NCBI RefSeq assembly: GCF_001194135.2
Contig: NC_068981.1
Location: 170,449,998 to 170,513,954, forward strand
Direction: 5' to 3'
DNA: 63,957 nt
Source: Octopus bimaculoides
Taxonomy: Eukaryota
Position numbers and translations under genes: made by a program
Notes under the pieces: model-generated
The model's database searches: none
Told to the model about the DNA's origin: nothing
What the model saw: the letters and a program-made list of their open reading frames with translations, nothing else
Shown here: one piece after another, positions 51,946-63,926 of the stretch
Layout: each line of letters begins with the position of its first letter
Position numbering within the stretch: position 1 is the stretch's first letter

Positions 51946-53560
51946 TGTTGTAACGTATTTATTACTTACAATAAATAAGATAACCAGACAACCATAAAAA
52001 CAATGTAACGAACTAATAATCAATATTCCTTGAGAACTAACCAACCGACACTTTCCGACTTTACTGCGAACCAACACGAACTTCACTCGACTCCGAACTC
52101 TGAACATGTTTTTCCTCGAAATGTGAAATTAGTTCACATTTCGCCTATGAAATGTGATTTGTCACCCGTCAGCTACGAGCAGATTTCGCTGATTTTCTCA
52201 ACAGAGGTTTCCTTATTTTCTTCCATGTGTCCATATTCATTAATGAAATATCACTTTCAGTATCCCAATTGAAGTTCAGTATGTATTCCAATTATTTTTA
52301 CGTGTACGAATTTTCTTATTTGGGAGTCGATTTTTGTTTCTGCTGAGAGCACTCTAGGATTTTTAACGTTCTACCTTCGTAATTTTGTTCTGAAGTGTGA
52401 ACTCTTGTGACCAGCTCTTTTGCAACTGTAGCATATTTGATTTTTAAATAGACAATCTTTTCTGAAATGTATGCCTGCACATCCATAACATGTATTAGGA
52501 CATCAGGCTCTTTTTTTATTGTACTTTTCCGGTCAGCATATCTGTATTTTTGAGGAATCCATCTCTTGAATGTTTTCTACATCATGTTTCAGGCTTGCCA
52601 TCCTTTAGCATTCTTCTGACAAGGACTGTAAGGTTAAAACTTGGTTCGCTTGTTCTAATTTAGAAAGAATTGTTGCCCGAATTTCTGTATCTTCGCTTGT
52701 TATAATGCCTTGTACTAAAATAAGACACTTTAACATCTCAGGTGTAAGTTCTTTGAGTTTATATCTTTCACGCATCCAGGTGACTGTTCCTGCGTACGTG
52801 ATAAAATCATCATTCTCTTTTTTAGTTACATTCCAGCACTCCATTTGAGTGTTAAACAGAGAAGTTTTATCACCGAATATGTTAGACAGTAATTCTATTA
52901 CGTCTTTAAAACAAATTTCATTGAGTTTTGTGGGCGATATGAAATTAGAGTAACCTTCATGTTATAACGGAGTTAATTTTCGCCATAACAATCTCGCTTT
53001 TTGTTCGTCCGACCATGATTTACAATCTTGCTTTAAAATCTTGTACCTTCTGTAGTACGATGCAAAAGTTCTACCCCTCTCTGGGTTATAACTGAATTCA
53101 TTAATCGCGTACGAAACGTCGTCTGGCGAAAACGAACTTACCTCATTTTTGGACTTCTCTGAATGTAGCCCCAATAACTGTAGTTGTTGTAGTTGTTACT
53201 GTAATAGTTGCGTCTGCGACTCCTGTTGCTGCTCTTGTTCTTGCTTTTGCAACTGCACTGTGAAAGCTAATAGGTCTTCCATTTATTTAACAAGTTGTAT
53301 CACGAACGAATTGATAAATAACTTACGAGAGCTTCGAAAACTTCGTCGCCAGATGCTGTAATGTAATTGTTACGTAGAATAAATAAGATAACCAAACAAC
53401 CGTAAAAACAATGTAATGAACTAACAAATCACTTTACGATCCAACAATCAATAATCCTTGTGAAGTAACCAATCGACACCTTCCGACTACACTGCGAACT
53501 AACACGAACTTTACTCGACTCCGAACTCTGAACCTCTGAACTTACTCGGATCGTTACTAT
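51946..53560 (-). mobile_element. Internally deleted Gypsy LTR retrotransposon (LTR-PBS-gag-protease-LTR)
   Basis: Direct repeats 51946-52107 and 53354-about 53560; PBS TGGCGACGA at 53351-53343. ATG at 53282 gives MEDLLAFTVQLQKQEQEQQQ...EFSYNPERGRTFASYYRRY...LLWRKL...LFN...ECW...LKCLILVQG...IRATILSKLE. Aspartic protease-like NWDTESDISLMNMDTWKKIRKP at 52270-52202. No RT, RNase H or integrase. Confidence 0.9.
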
Positions 53561-55082
53561 GCATACTTTACTCAGACCAGTCTATTTCTTGCAAGGGTGC
53601 GTCGTAACTCTCATCATAAAATATTTATATATATGTANNNNNNNNNNNNNNNNNNNNNNNNNNNNNNNNNNNNNNNNNNNNNNNNNNNNNNNNNNNNNNN
53701 NNNNNNNNNNNNNNNNNNNNNNNNNNNNNNNNNNNNNNNNNNNNNNNNNNNNNNNNNNNNNNNNNNNNNNNNNNNNNNNNNNNNNNNNNNNNNNNNNNTA
53801 TATATATATATATATATATATGTTTGTGTACGTGTATGTATATGTGTGTGTGTAAGACTTTATATTGGGACATTTTCTTCAAATGCGTTTTTTCGTGGTC
53901 ATATTTTGTTATCTCTAACTGTGCAAATACTCTACATCATCCGGTCTCTTTTTCAAATCTTGACAGACGATTGCATCGCAAGTAAAGTGGATTTGCCTTC
54001 CCGTTGTTGAATATGAAATAATTACACCTTTACTATCCGTACGTTTATTTTTGCGTGCAAACATACAGTAATTTATTCTAATGCGTAATGCTATTAAGTA
54101 TATGAAAGTATATGCCGTTTAAATACGTTATACCTCTGTACTATGGCATTAATTTCACATGTTTAAATTTGTTTCTTTGCTTTTCTAATGAATATATTTA
54201 ATGTCTAAATATTCATTTTCTTCTTTCTTGTTTGTTCGGAAATGTTTCGCTATCATCTAAAGGTATTTTATATTTCCTATGTATAAAGTTATTCATTGGT
54301 TAATATTAAAGCATTTAAATAACATTTTCTATTGATTTAGCTTTGAAAATAATAATTCCAGAAGAATAAAACAGACACAAGATGTGCAATTGAAGGAAAG
54401 GCAATAACGCTGCTATAATAATGAAAAGACGTTGGGAAAACTATGCACGATTGCCACAATGTAACCGACAAGGACTTACAGGTATTCAGAACCGTTGAAC
54501 TTACACGTTTGAAAATGATACAAGCAATCAATAATTGTAACTGGCTGTGCAAAATATGAGCGTGTATCCTCTAAGGTAATGTATAATGCCACTGTACATC
54601 AGATGCTGATTTCATCGGAAAGAAGATGTTTGATCTCGCCATTGAAAAAGATAATTTACCTAGCAACAGTAACATACCGCTTATTGCTTTAATTAACATG
54701 AAAGCATTGAGAGCTCGGGAAATATTAATTAGCTGGCTTATCTAGATGGCTTTTATCATGGAAATCGTAATATGCTTGAAAACTGTTGTTTTAGATCTGT
54801 AACGGTCCTTTACATAATTGCAGCATGCGGGAGGCTCTTCAATTATGAGATATGCTATTGAGATATCCCTGGAATGATATTATTTAAGACAAAAAAAATT
54901 ATCCAATTTGCGGTTCTTAAACTATATATATTCTTCTCCTAAGCACTCTGTTTATCGCATTATTATATAGAGGTGAGGAGAAAGAAAATACTGCTCTTTT
55001 AATCAATGTATACCGTCCTTGAACATCAACATTAGTCTTCAGGACAGGTGGCATATATGTATATATATATATATAGGTGGCA

Positions 55083-55128
<46 letters not shown>

Positions 55129-55133
<5 letters not shown>

Positions 55134-55345
55134 AGCTTCTGATATGTTGTTCTACCTATGTCAAACAAGAATGTTACATTTTTTGGATGACAGATAAAAT
55201 TCGTTAACATACATACATATATATTTACACGATTAATTATATTTTCTGCCCGTGTACAAGTGTATGTTAACGAATTTTATCTGTCATCCAAAAAATGTAA
55301 CGTTCTTGTTTGACATAGGTAGAACAACTTATCAGAAGCTTGATA
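55129..55345. repeat. Near-perfect fold-back, 85-bp arms, 47-nt spacer
   Basis: 55129-55213 versus 55261-55345, 2 mismatches counted by eye; begins at the end of a (TA)n tract. Confidence 0.97.
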
Positions 55346-55482
55346 ACAATCAATTTTATCATCGCTCTCACAAAAGAGCATTATATAAACATTGAAAGTA
55401 CCAAAATGTATTAGACATTCTTTAGAGTACTACAAAAATGCATACGCACATACATATATACATACTCACACGCATGCATACA

Positions 55483-55513
<31 letters not shown>

Positions 55514-56598
55514 GTAAATCTATATATCTGTAAATGCACGTGGGTGTTATATTTTCAATATTATATTAGCGAAAGAAATTTCATGAAGACGTAAAAAATT
55601 ACTAAATACGTATTGTCGAGTAAATATTTCGCATAATACTCGATGGCTATTCCATTACAATAAGAAAAAGCAAATAAAAGGAAAAATTCTCAGTTGTAGC
55701 CTCTGCAAAACAAGTAATCCAAGTGAAAGGCATGTACNNNNNNNNNNNNNNNNNNNNNNNNNNNNNNNNNNNNNNNNNNNNNNNNNNNNNNNNNNNNNNN
55801 NNNNNNNNNNNNNNNNNNNNNNNNNNNNNNNNNNNNNNNNNNNNNNNNNNNNNNNNNNNNNNNNNNNNNNNNNNNNNNNNNNNNNNNNNNNNNNNNNNNN
55901 NNNNNNNNNNNNNNNNNNNNNNNNNNNNNNNNNNNNNNNNNNNNNNNNNNNNNNNNNNNNNNNNNNNNNNNNNNNNNNNNNNNNNNNNNNNNNNNGTTAA
56001 TGTACCCCTAGCCAACAGTTATCCAGTGGGGATGAAGGGGCATAACACAGAGACCACGATCCGCAGGAACCGGTCTAAGGCTGAATGTGGACAAGAGCAC
56101 ACACAAACACACAAACACACACTCACACTCACACACACATGCAGACACACATAGATATATATTGCATAACAGTTTGTTTTGATTATTTTTTGGATTAACC
56201 AATATGGAGTAAATAATTCTATGAATAAACAATTAAAGTATGTTGCTATTTAATTAACGAAAAACATAATCGTTTGTTGTTTTGGAGTGAAATTATATTC
56301 TCTTTCTTTTTCGTATTTCTGAGTTTAGTTTTTCTCGGTATTTCAAATCTACTTTAATTGCTATTTCTAGATTTTAAAACTAATATTGCAGCAATTAAAT
56401 AATTACTTCTGAATGAAAAAGAACTACGAATTTTTTTTATGGAATTTTAGATGTAAACCACTCTAATCGAGGTAGGATGAAATAAATTGGTATTAATAAA
56501 CCAAATCACTATTTAAATCGTGTTTTTTTTAATGTTGGCGATGCAGTGATGTATGCATAAGTACTTATGCATATGTTTGTATGTTGACTATATGTATG

Positions 56599-56643
<45 letters not shown>

Positions 56644-56654
56644 ATATATATATA

Positions 56655-56783
56655 TATATATATATGGGGGGTATGTGTGTGTGTTTGCGTATGTGTGTGT
56701 TTGAGTGGGTATGTAATAAGTACATGTATATACGTATATATATATGGGGGGTATGTGTGTGTGTTTGCGTATGTGTGTGTTTG
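56655..56783. repeat. 80-bp-period minisatellite running into gap
   Basis: tatatgggggg-tatgtgtgtgtgtttgcgtatgtgtgtgtttg at 56661 and 56741. Confidence 0.85.
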
Positions 56784-57394
56784 NNNNNNNNNNNNNNNNN
56801 NNNNNNNNNNNNNNNNNNNNNNNNNNNNNNNNNNNNNNNNNNNNNNNNNNNNNNNNNNNNNNNNNNNNNNNNNNNNNNNNNNNNNNNNNNNNNNNNNNNN
56901 NNNNNNNNNNNNNNNNNNNNNNNNNNNNNNNNNNNNNNNNNNNNNNNNNNNNNNNNNNNNNNNNNNNNNNNNNNNNNNNNNNNNNNNNNNNNNNNNNNNN
57001 NNNNNNNNNNNNNNNNNNNNNNNNNNNNNNNNNNNNNNNNNNNNNNNNNNNNNNNNNNNNNNNNNNNNNNNNNNNNNNNNNNNNNNNNNNNNNNNNNNNN
57101 NNNNNNNNNNNNNNNNNNNNNNNNNNNNNNNNNNNNNNNNNNNNNNNNNNNNNNNNNNNNNNNNNNNNNNNNNNNNNNNNNNNNNNNNNNNNNNNNNNNN
57201 NNNNNNNNNNNNNNNNNNNNNNNNNNNNNNNNNNNNNNNNNNNNNNNNNNNNNNNNNNNNNNNNNNNNNNNNNNNNNNNNNNNNNNNNNNNNNNNNNNNN
57301 NNNNNNNNNNNNNNNNNNNNNNNNNNNNNNNNNNNNNNNNNNNNNNNNNNNNNNNNNNNNNNNNNNNNNNNNNNNNNNNNNNNNNNNNNNNNNN

Positions 57395-57439
<45 letters not shown>

Positions 57440-57484
57440 ATCCATATACATGAGTGTGTGTGTGTGTGTTCTTTTTCTTTTTCT

Positions 57485-57700
57485 TTTTTCTTTTATTTGT
57501 TTCAGCCAGTTGACTGCAGCCATGCTATAGCACAGCCTATACTAGAACAAATTGAACCCAAGACTTATTCTTTGTAAGCCTAGTACTTATTCTATCGGTC
57601 TCTTGTGCCGAACCGCTAAGTTACCTGGACCTAAACACACCAACATCGGTTGTCAAGCGATGGTGGGGAGTACAAACACACACACAAAACACACAAAGCA
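57485..57700 (-). mobile_element. SINE tail B
   Basis: gacttattctttgtaagcctagtacttattctatcggtctcttgtgccgaaccgctaagttac matches 20947-21010. Confidence 0.88.
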
Positions 57701-57769
57701 CACAAAGACATATGTATATATAACCACACACACAATATTTACATAAATGTGTGAATGCGTGTATATTTG

Positions 57770-57910
57770 CGTTTGTTTCTCGACACTGTTTGACCGATTC
57801 ACCACCTGTCTAGAAGACTTTATGTCCCATTAGCTTAGTGTTTCGTCAAAAGAGATGACAGAATGAGTACTAAGCTAAAAAAGAATTAATATACTGGGGT
57901 CTAGTCGTTC
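57770..57910 (+). mobile_element. SINE tail B, diverged, opposite orientation to neighbour
   Basis: tttatgtcccattagcttagtgtttcgtcaaaagagatgacagaatgagtactaagct...ctggggtc matches 47277-47355. Confidence 0.68.
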
Positions 57911-58061
57911 AATCCAGGTGTATTGCAAAAGTCCGCATTACTTGGGACTGCACGCATATTGCCTAAAGTATTGTCTGTCAGAGATCCTTGTTGTGACTTG
58001 ACAGACAGTAAAACAATATCTTCAATCAACAACCTTACGATATTGTATACTCTGCGACGTC

Positions 58062-58137
<76 letters not shown>

Positions 58138-58160
58138 ATAATAATAATAATAATAATAAT
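58062..58160. repeat. (TAA)n microsatellite with a short inverted (ATT)3 insert
   Basis: Direct reading; attattatt at 58128-58136. Confidence 0.97.
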
Positions 58161-58701
58161 GCCCTGATGCAGTACCAGGCAGTGGCTGTCATGGCTTCTG
58201 ATCTTAATTGATTGGAAGTGTTATCATGTACATTGTTTTGTCTTGATATAACAGATGGGCTATAGGAAATATTCTGCTCAATGTCGCAGATTTGCTTGTC
58301 AGTTACTTGACCATAACCATTTGAGCATGTACTTAGTGGCTGATTATAAGTGCATATCTATCAAGAGCTAAAGTAGTGGGGGAGCATCATAGCCATGTGT
58401 TGAGAGGAATTCTTTGCAGTTTGAATAATTCATCTTTGGAATCATGGATGTTTTGTTCAACATTCTCAAACAACTGCTTTTGAGCAGAATGGGCTACTCG
58501 ACCTGGAGGAAAATTTTAACTAGGCCCCACCTGCAAGGTCATGAGTTGTTTAACTCGATGTGAGATCACCATGTCGCGCTCATATGGTTGTGATGAATGT
58601 GCTTGGTGTACCTTTACCAGACGGGAAATCCTGATGCGTATACTGGGCTTTGTACAGTTTACCCCAGTGACACTTTGATGGCGTGCACTGCTCTCTCACT
58701 C
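58161..58701. mobile_element. Interspersed element embedded in (TAA)n on both sides
   Basis: Sharp junctions aataat/gccctgatgc and ctctcactc/taataa; higher GC than flanks; no clear ORF; resembles an abundant octopus repeat (from memory). Confidence 0.55.
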
Positions 58702-58712
58702 TAATAATAATA

Positions 58713-58779
<67 letters not shown>

Positions 58780-58816
58780 TGAGAAGAAGAAGAGGAGGAG
58801 GAGGAGGAGGAGGAGA
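58702..58816. repeat. (TAA)n followed by (AGA)/(GGA)n
   Basis: Direct reading. Confidence 0.96.
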
Positions 58817-61590
58817 GGATTTGCTATGTAGGAAACAAAAGATGCTACAGGTGAGAGAAACAAGAGTGCCAAATAATCGACGTGTCAGTGCAAGGAAATC
58901 AACATATTAAGAGAGAGTTTATATGTGCATGTTGAAAGAGAGTGAGAGATAGAGAGAGGCAGACAGACAGACAGAGAGCGAGAGATAGACAGACAGAGAC
59001 AGAGGGCATGTGATGTAGTAAGCTGGAAAGATAAGATTGCAGGTTAATTACTTGACCTCATAATTCAAATCACCACTGATTTCCCATTTCAAGATCTGTA
59101 TTAAAAAATAATAAATGTAATAGCAGGATTCATCATTCTATGTTTTCTCTTTCATGCTGCATCAAAATAGATAAAGACGACACATACATTTCAGAACTTT
59201 TTCCCCTCCTCATGAGAAGGAAATCTCGAAGAAGATTCTTTCAACACAGTAATCTCCAAGACGAATTATGGGACTTTGTGATTCTTCATTAATGCATCTA
59301 ATGCTTTCAAGAAAAACATTTACCCCCTCAGTTTATCAATTTTAGTCTCACTCTAAATCAAAACCATGTACACATTCAAATATAATTGAATTGGTCTTTA
59401 TCAGAAAGTTATCTTTTTTGTTATTAATATTTGATTATACATTGACGCGTAGGTATGTAATATAACGTATGCAAGTGGTACCGAAATGGGGATGCACACT
59501 TTCATAAGATCACCGAAATTATAGCTGGCATTACCAAAATAATCATTGCACGAGGGAATTTTTAAAGCGGATGACAGAGTGTGATAAACAATAGCATACG
59601 ACCCGTTACGACATTATTATTATCTTGTAATACGCACAAGCTTCAATAGTTAATGAGTTGTATGAAATATTGTGTATAACAAAAGCGGAAGTACGACGCT
59701 AATGGGACGCAAATATTGAATATCTAAATATCGAAATGGAAAAGAAAAGCAAGAAGGAAAATTCCGGTAGTCTGAAAACAATGACTCTCTTGTATATTGA
59801 AATAAATAACTGTATTTTAATATTGTGGAGAATACATTATGTACAAGTAAGTCAACACCTATTGTCTGGCCTTATATTCGAACAGTAACAGAATTCGACT
59901 TTTGTATCGGTTAAAATTGCATGAGGTTTGTTATTTGGCTTGATAGTTATTGTTATTTTTTCTCAGTCTTTATCAATCTTCTACATATAACGTTAACGGT
60001 AAATAGCTATTGACATACAGTTTCTATGGAAAATGAAAATAAGTCTCATAAAGAAAGACAGGGTAATTCATAAACTTGGGAAAACAAAAAGCACAAAAAT
60101 TTTACACTATTTGTCTTACAATTTCAAATATCATATACGTAAATAGGATAAATATACAAATATAATTATTGTCTTACAGAATATGTTCGTACGCTCAACA
60201 ATACAATATAGGAAATACACTATATGAAAGAATGATAGATACTTTTACATAATATTACAACCTAAAACATTTTGAAAGAGAAATATTTTCACACATATAA
60301 CGGAAGTGGCAACTGATAATCAGAGACTGCAATTTTTTTACTTAACGAACCCTTGCTGTATTCTGTAATATTATTTCGAAAATGTGATAATTTCAGAATG
60401 TCCAGTCTTTAAAATATTTATAAACATTTCCACTGAATAAGTATCAAACGAAAAGGGACTTCTCGACAGCAAATATAATTTTCATAAGGCTTAGTTTCTT
60501 TATTTCCACTTTCACTACGACTAAGCTATCGAACTTATAAACCGTCAATTGATATACACAAAGACAATGTAACACTATATTTATTCCTGAAGAAGTAGGA
60601 AATTAATATAGTTTAAGCTTTTCATTACTCCCGTACGCAGCCACTCTTATCTTGAAAATAATCAATAATAGCTTCTCATCTTAAAATAAGAAACCGTTAC
60701 GTAATTTATTCTGTTATAGGAACAAAACCATTACCAAGAATGATTTTAGGCTTCAAAGAATCATCTCCTGAAATCGTTGTAAGGTTCATCTACAATTCAC
60801 TTACTTTTAGCGACGACTTATTCCATTCCATACAACTGCTTCAACTGAAGACTCTGCGTACCAATGAAGCAGAACAGGTAAAAGGAAGACTTGTCAAATA
60901 TAGGTTAAGTGATACTACATTGTGTAAGAGAATAAATAGAGAAAGCGATATGTTGCAGTGTATATAAGCTGAGTGAATATATACCTGAAGCTATATGAAA
61001 CGTATTCATTCGTTTTTGTTTTTCCAACATCCGTATCAGTTACCTGTTCTACGGCTGATAGATAAGAAGACCAACAGAGTGGAAAGAAAAAAAAAACATT
61101 GGAAGTAGAATAGGATTGTATGCACAATCATATGTATACATATCTGTATGCAACTATATATACATATATAAATATAAATAAATATATATATATATATATA
61201 TANNNNNNNNNNNNNNNNNNNNNNNNNNNNNNNNNNNNNNNNNNNNNNNNNNNNNNNNNNNNNNNNNNNNNNNNNNNNNNNNNNNNNNNNNNNNNNNNNN
61301 NNNNNNNNNNNNNNNNNNNNNNNNNNNNNNNNNNNNNNNNNNNNNNNNNNNNNNNNNNNNNNNNNNNNNNNNNNNNNNNNNNNNNNNNNNNNNNNNNNNN
61401 NNNNNNNNNNNNNNNNNNNNNNNNNNNNNNNNNNNNNNNNNNNNNNNNNNNNNNNNNNNNNNNNNNNNNNNNNNNNNNNNNNNNNNNNNNNNNNNNNNNN
61501 NNNNNNNNNNNNNNNNNNNNNNNNNNNNNNNNNNNNNNNNNNNNNNNNNNNNNNNNNNNNNNNNNNNNNNNNNNNNNNNNNNNNNNNNNN

Positions 61591-63585
61591 ATATACCTGC
61601 CACAACTATGCGAACCTGTTCATTGCCTACGTTGAGGTGCAACTCACTCTCCCGCGAACATCTAGACTACTTCATCTCTTTTGTAAAATCTTTCCATCCT
61701 GCCCTCCACTTCCTGCACTATCTCTGACACCTCTGTATCCTTTCATGACATTTCGGTCAGCATTCATCACTCCACTCTAACCACTTCCATCCACTACAAA
61801 CACACAGACTCATATTAATACCTCAACTTCTCCTCCTCCTACCCTAAACACACCAAGCTTTCCATTTCCTATTCCCAATACCTCCGTCTACGCAGGCTCT
61901 GTAGTGACAAGCATGACTTTGAGACTCAGTTTCAACTCATATCTCGCCACTTCTCCCTACGTGGAAATCCCCTCACCACTATGCACACCGGCCTTGCCAG
62001 AGCACGCTCCGTGGACCGTGCATCTTCTCTCTCCCTCAAACCTGCCCCGCCGTCTCCCGCCTCCCGTCTCTTGTTTGCGCTCACCTACCACCCTACCACC
62101 CTACCTCTCCAACGCACCATTCTCCGAGCCATCCAGTGACTCCTGTCCGACCCCTACACTTCTTGGTCCACAGATTCTTCCCTANNNNNNNNNNNNNNNN
62201 NNNNNNNNNNNNNNNNNNNNNNNNNNNNNNNNNNNNNNNNNNNNNNNNNNNNNNNNNNNNNNNNNNNNNNNNNNNNNNNNNNNNNNNNNNNNNNNNNNNN
62301 NNNNNNNNNNNNNNNNNNNNNNNNNNNNNNNNNNNNNNNNNNNNNNNNNNNNNNNNNNNNNNNNNNNNNNNNNNNNNNNNNNNNNNNNNNNNNNNNNNNN
62401 NNNNNNNNNNNNNNNNNNNNNNNNNNNNNNNNNNNNNNNNNNNNNNNNNNNNNNNNNNNNNNNNNNNNNNNNNNNNNNNNNNNNNNNNNNNNNNNNNNNN
62501 NNNNNNNNNNNNNNNNNNNNNNNNNNNNNNNNNNNNNNNNNNNNNNNNNNNNNNNNNNNNNNNNNNNNNNNNNNNNNNNNNNNNNNNNNNNNNNNNNNNN
62601 NNNNNNNNNNNNNNNNNNNNNNNNNNNNNNNNNNNNNNNNNNNNNNNNNNNNNNNNNNNNNNNNNNNNNNNNNNNNNNNNNNNNNNNNNNNNNNNNNNNN
62701 NNNNNNNNNNNNNNNNNNNNNNNNNNNNNNNNNNNNNNNNNNNNNNNNNNNNNNNNNNNNNNNNNNNNNNNNNNNNNNNNNNNNNNNNNNNNNNNNNNNN
62801 NNNNNNNNNNNNNNNNNNNNNNNNNNNNNNNNNNNNNNNNNNNNNNNNNNNNNNNNNNNNNNNNNNNNNNNNNNNNNNNNNNNNNNNNNNNNNNNNNNNN
62901 NNNNNNNNNNNNNNNNNNNNNNNNNNNNNNNNNNNNNNNNNNNNNNNNNNNNNNNNNNNNNNNNNNNNNNNNNNNNNNNNNNNNNNNNNNNNNNNNNNNN
63001 NNNNNNNNNNNNNNNNNNNNNNNNNNNNNNNNNNNNNNNNNNNNNNNNNNNNNNNNNNNNACCCACACCCCATCCTTGCTTTCCCCACTCTCACCTTCAC
63101 CCACCCACCTCCCAACACCATACACCACTACACCATGCACCACCATACCACACAACACCACATCACATCACATCACACCACCTCGCAAACACTAGCGCTG
63201 ATCACTTCACAGCCCCACATCCTCACACACACATACACACACGCACACGTCAAGGTCACCAGCCATCTTCCACACGCACATACTTACTGTCTTATACACA
63301 TGCACGCGCACCTTCGCTTTGGGATCACCACTACTTTATGATCTTCCCTTCTTCCTAGCTCTCGTTTGCGACCCTTCTGTCAAGCATTCGCCATGATATA
63401 TCGTTAGGCATTACGAATTCTTTATTTTCTCTCCTTCTTTCTTTCTGCGTTCCTTTCTGTGGAAGATCGTAGGCTCGAAACGTTAAAGGCTTTTTCACAT
63501 CCCGAGCATTAAACTAATACGTTTGTTTGTTGTCTACATCACCTTTCTTTGGCTTTTGTTTTTTTTTTGTGAATCCTCACCTTAT
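61591..63585 (+). mobile_element. Penelope-like element (Neptune-like): RT/thumb remnant, gap, C-rich 3' region and terminal repeat
   Basis: NYANLFIAYVE (61604), SLSREHLDYFISFVKSFHPALHF, ISDTSVSFHDISV...TTSIHYKHTDSY*YLNFSSSYPKHTKLSISYSQYLRLRRLCSD...RG.P...FALTYHP. The expected GIY-YIG position falls in gap 62185-63060. Hammerhead-like motif at 63452-63489. Confidence 0.92.
63452..63489 (+). ncRNA. Hammerhead ribozyme-like motif with variant core
   Basis: CCUUU-CUGUGGA-A-GAUC(GUAG)GCUC-GAAAC-GUU-AAAGG: perfect stem I, ACGU palindrome, A6 replaced by U, one mismatch in stem II. Confidence 0.6.
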
Positions 63586-63603
63586 AGATATATATATATA
63601 ATT

Positions 63604-63926
63604 GAAGGCGCATGGATCAGTGGTTAGAGAGTCGAGCTCACGATCGTGAGATTGTGAGTTCGAATGCGTGTTGTGTTCTTGAGCAAGACACTTTATTTCA
63701 CGTTGCTCCACTCCACTCAGCTGTAGAAATGAGTTGCAACGTCACATGTACTAAGCTGTATCGGTTCCTTTGCCTTTCTCTTGGATAACAATGGTGGCGT
63801 GGAGAGGGACGGGCGGTTGCATGGGCGACTGCTGGTCTTCCATAAACAACCTTGCCCAGACTTGTGGCTAGGAAGCTAAATTTCTAAGTGCAATCCCATG
63901 CTCAGTCATGACCGAAGGGGATCTCA
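63604..63926 (+). mobile_element. Full-length tRNA/CORE-type SINE with tail T2
   Basis: gaaggcgcatggatcagtggttagag...gagttcgaat head; CORE-like gttgtgttcttgagcaagacactttatttcacgttgctcca...gtagaaatgagt as in 24349-24662, but an unrelated 3' half. Confidence 0.85.

Larger units (their letters stand above)
3497..63060. other. 16 assembly gaps (about 6.5 kb N)
   Basis: 3497-3657, 6101-6145, 9885-10667, 12393-13021, 15956-16097, 19229-19357, 26555-26956, 32952-33428, 33978-34511, 35386-35395, 45202-46097, 53638-53798, 55738-55995, 56784-57394, 61203-61590, 62185-63060; most abut microsatellites or repeats. Confidence 0.99.

Noticed and set aside
1611-63358. Long ORFs in the supplied track made of X, YI, CV, LS, poly-N/H/M/I runs
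   Set aside because: They are translations of N-gaps and microsatellites, not genes.
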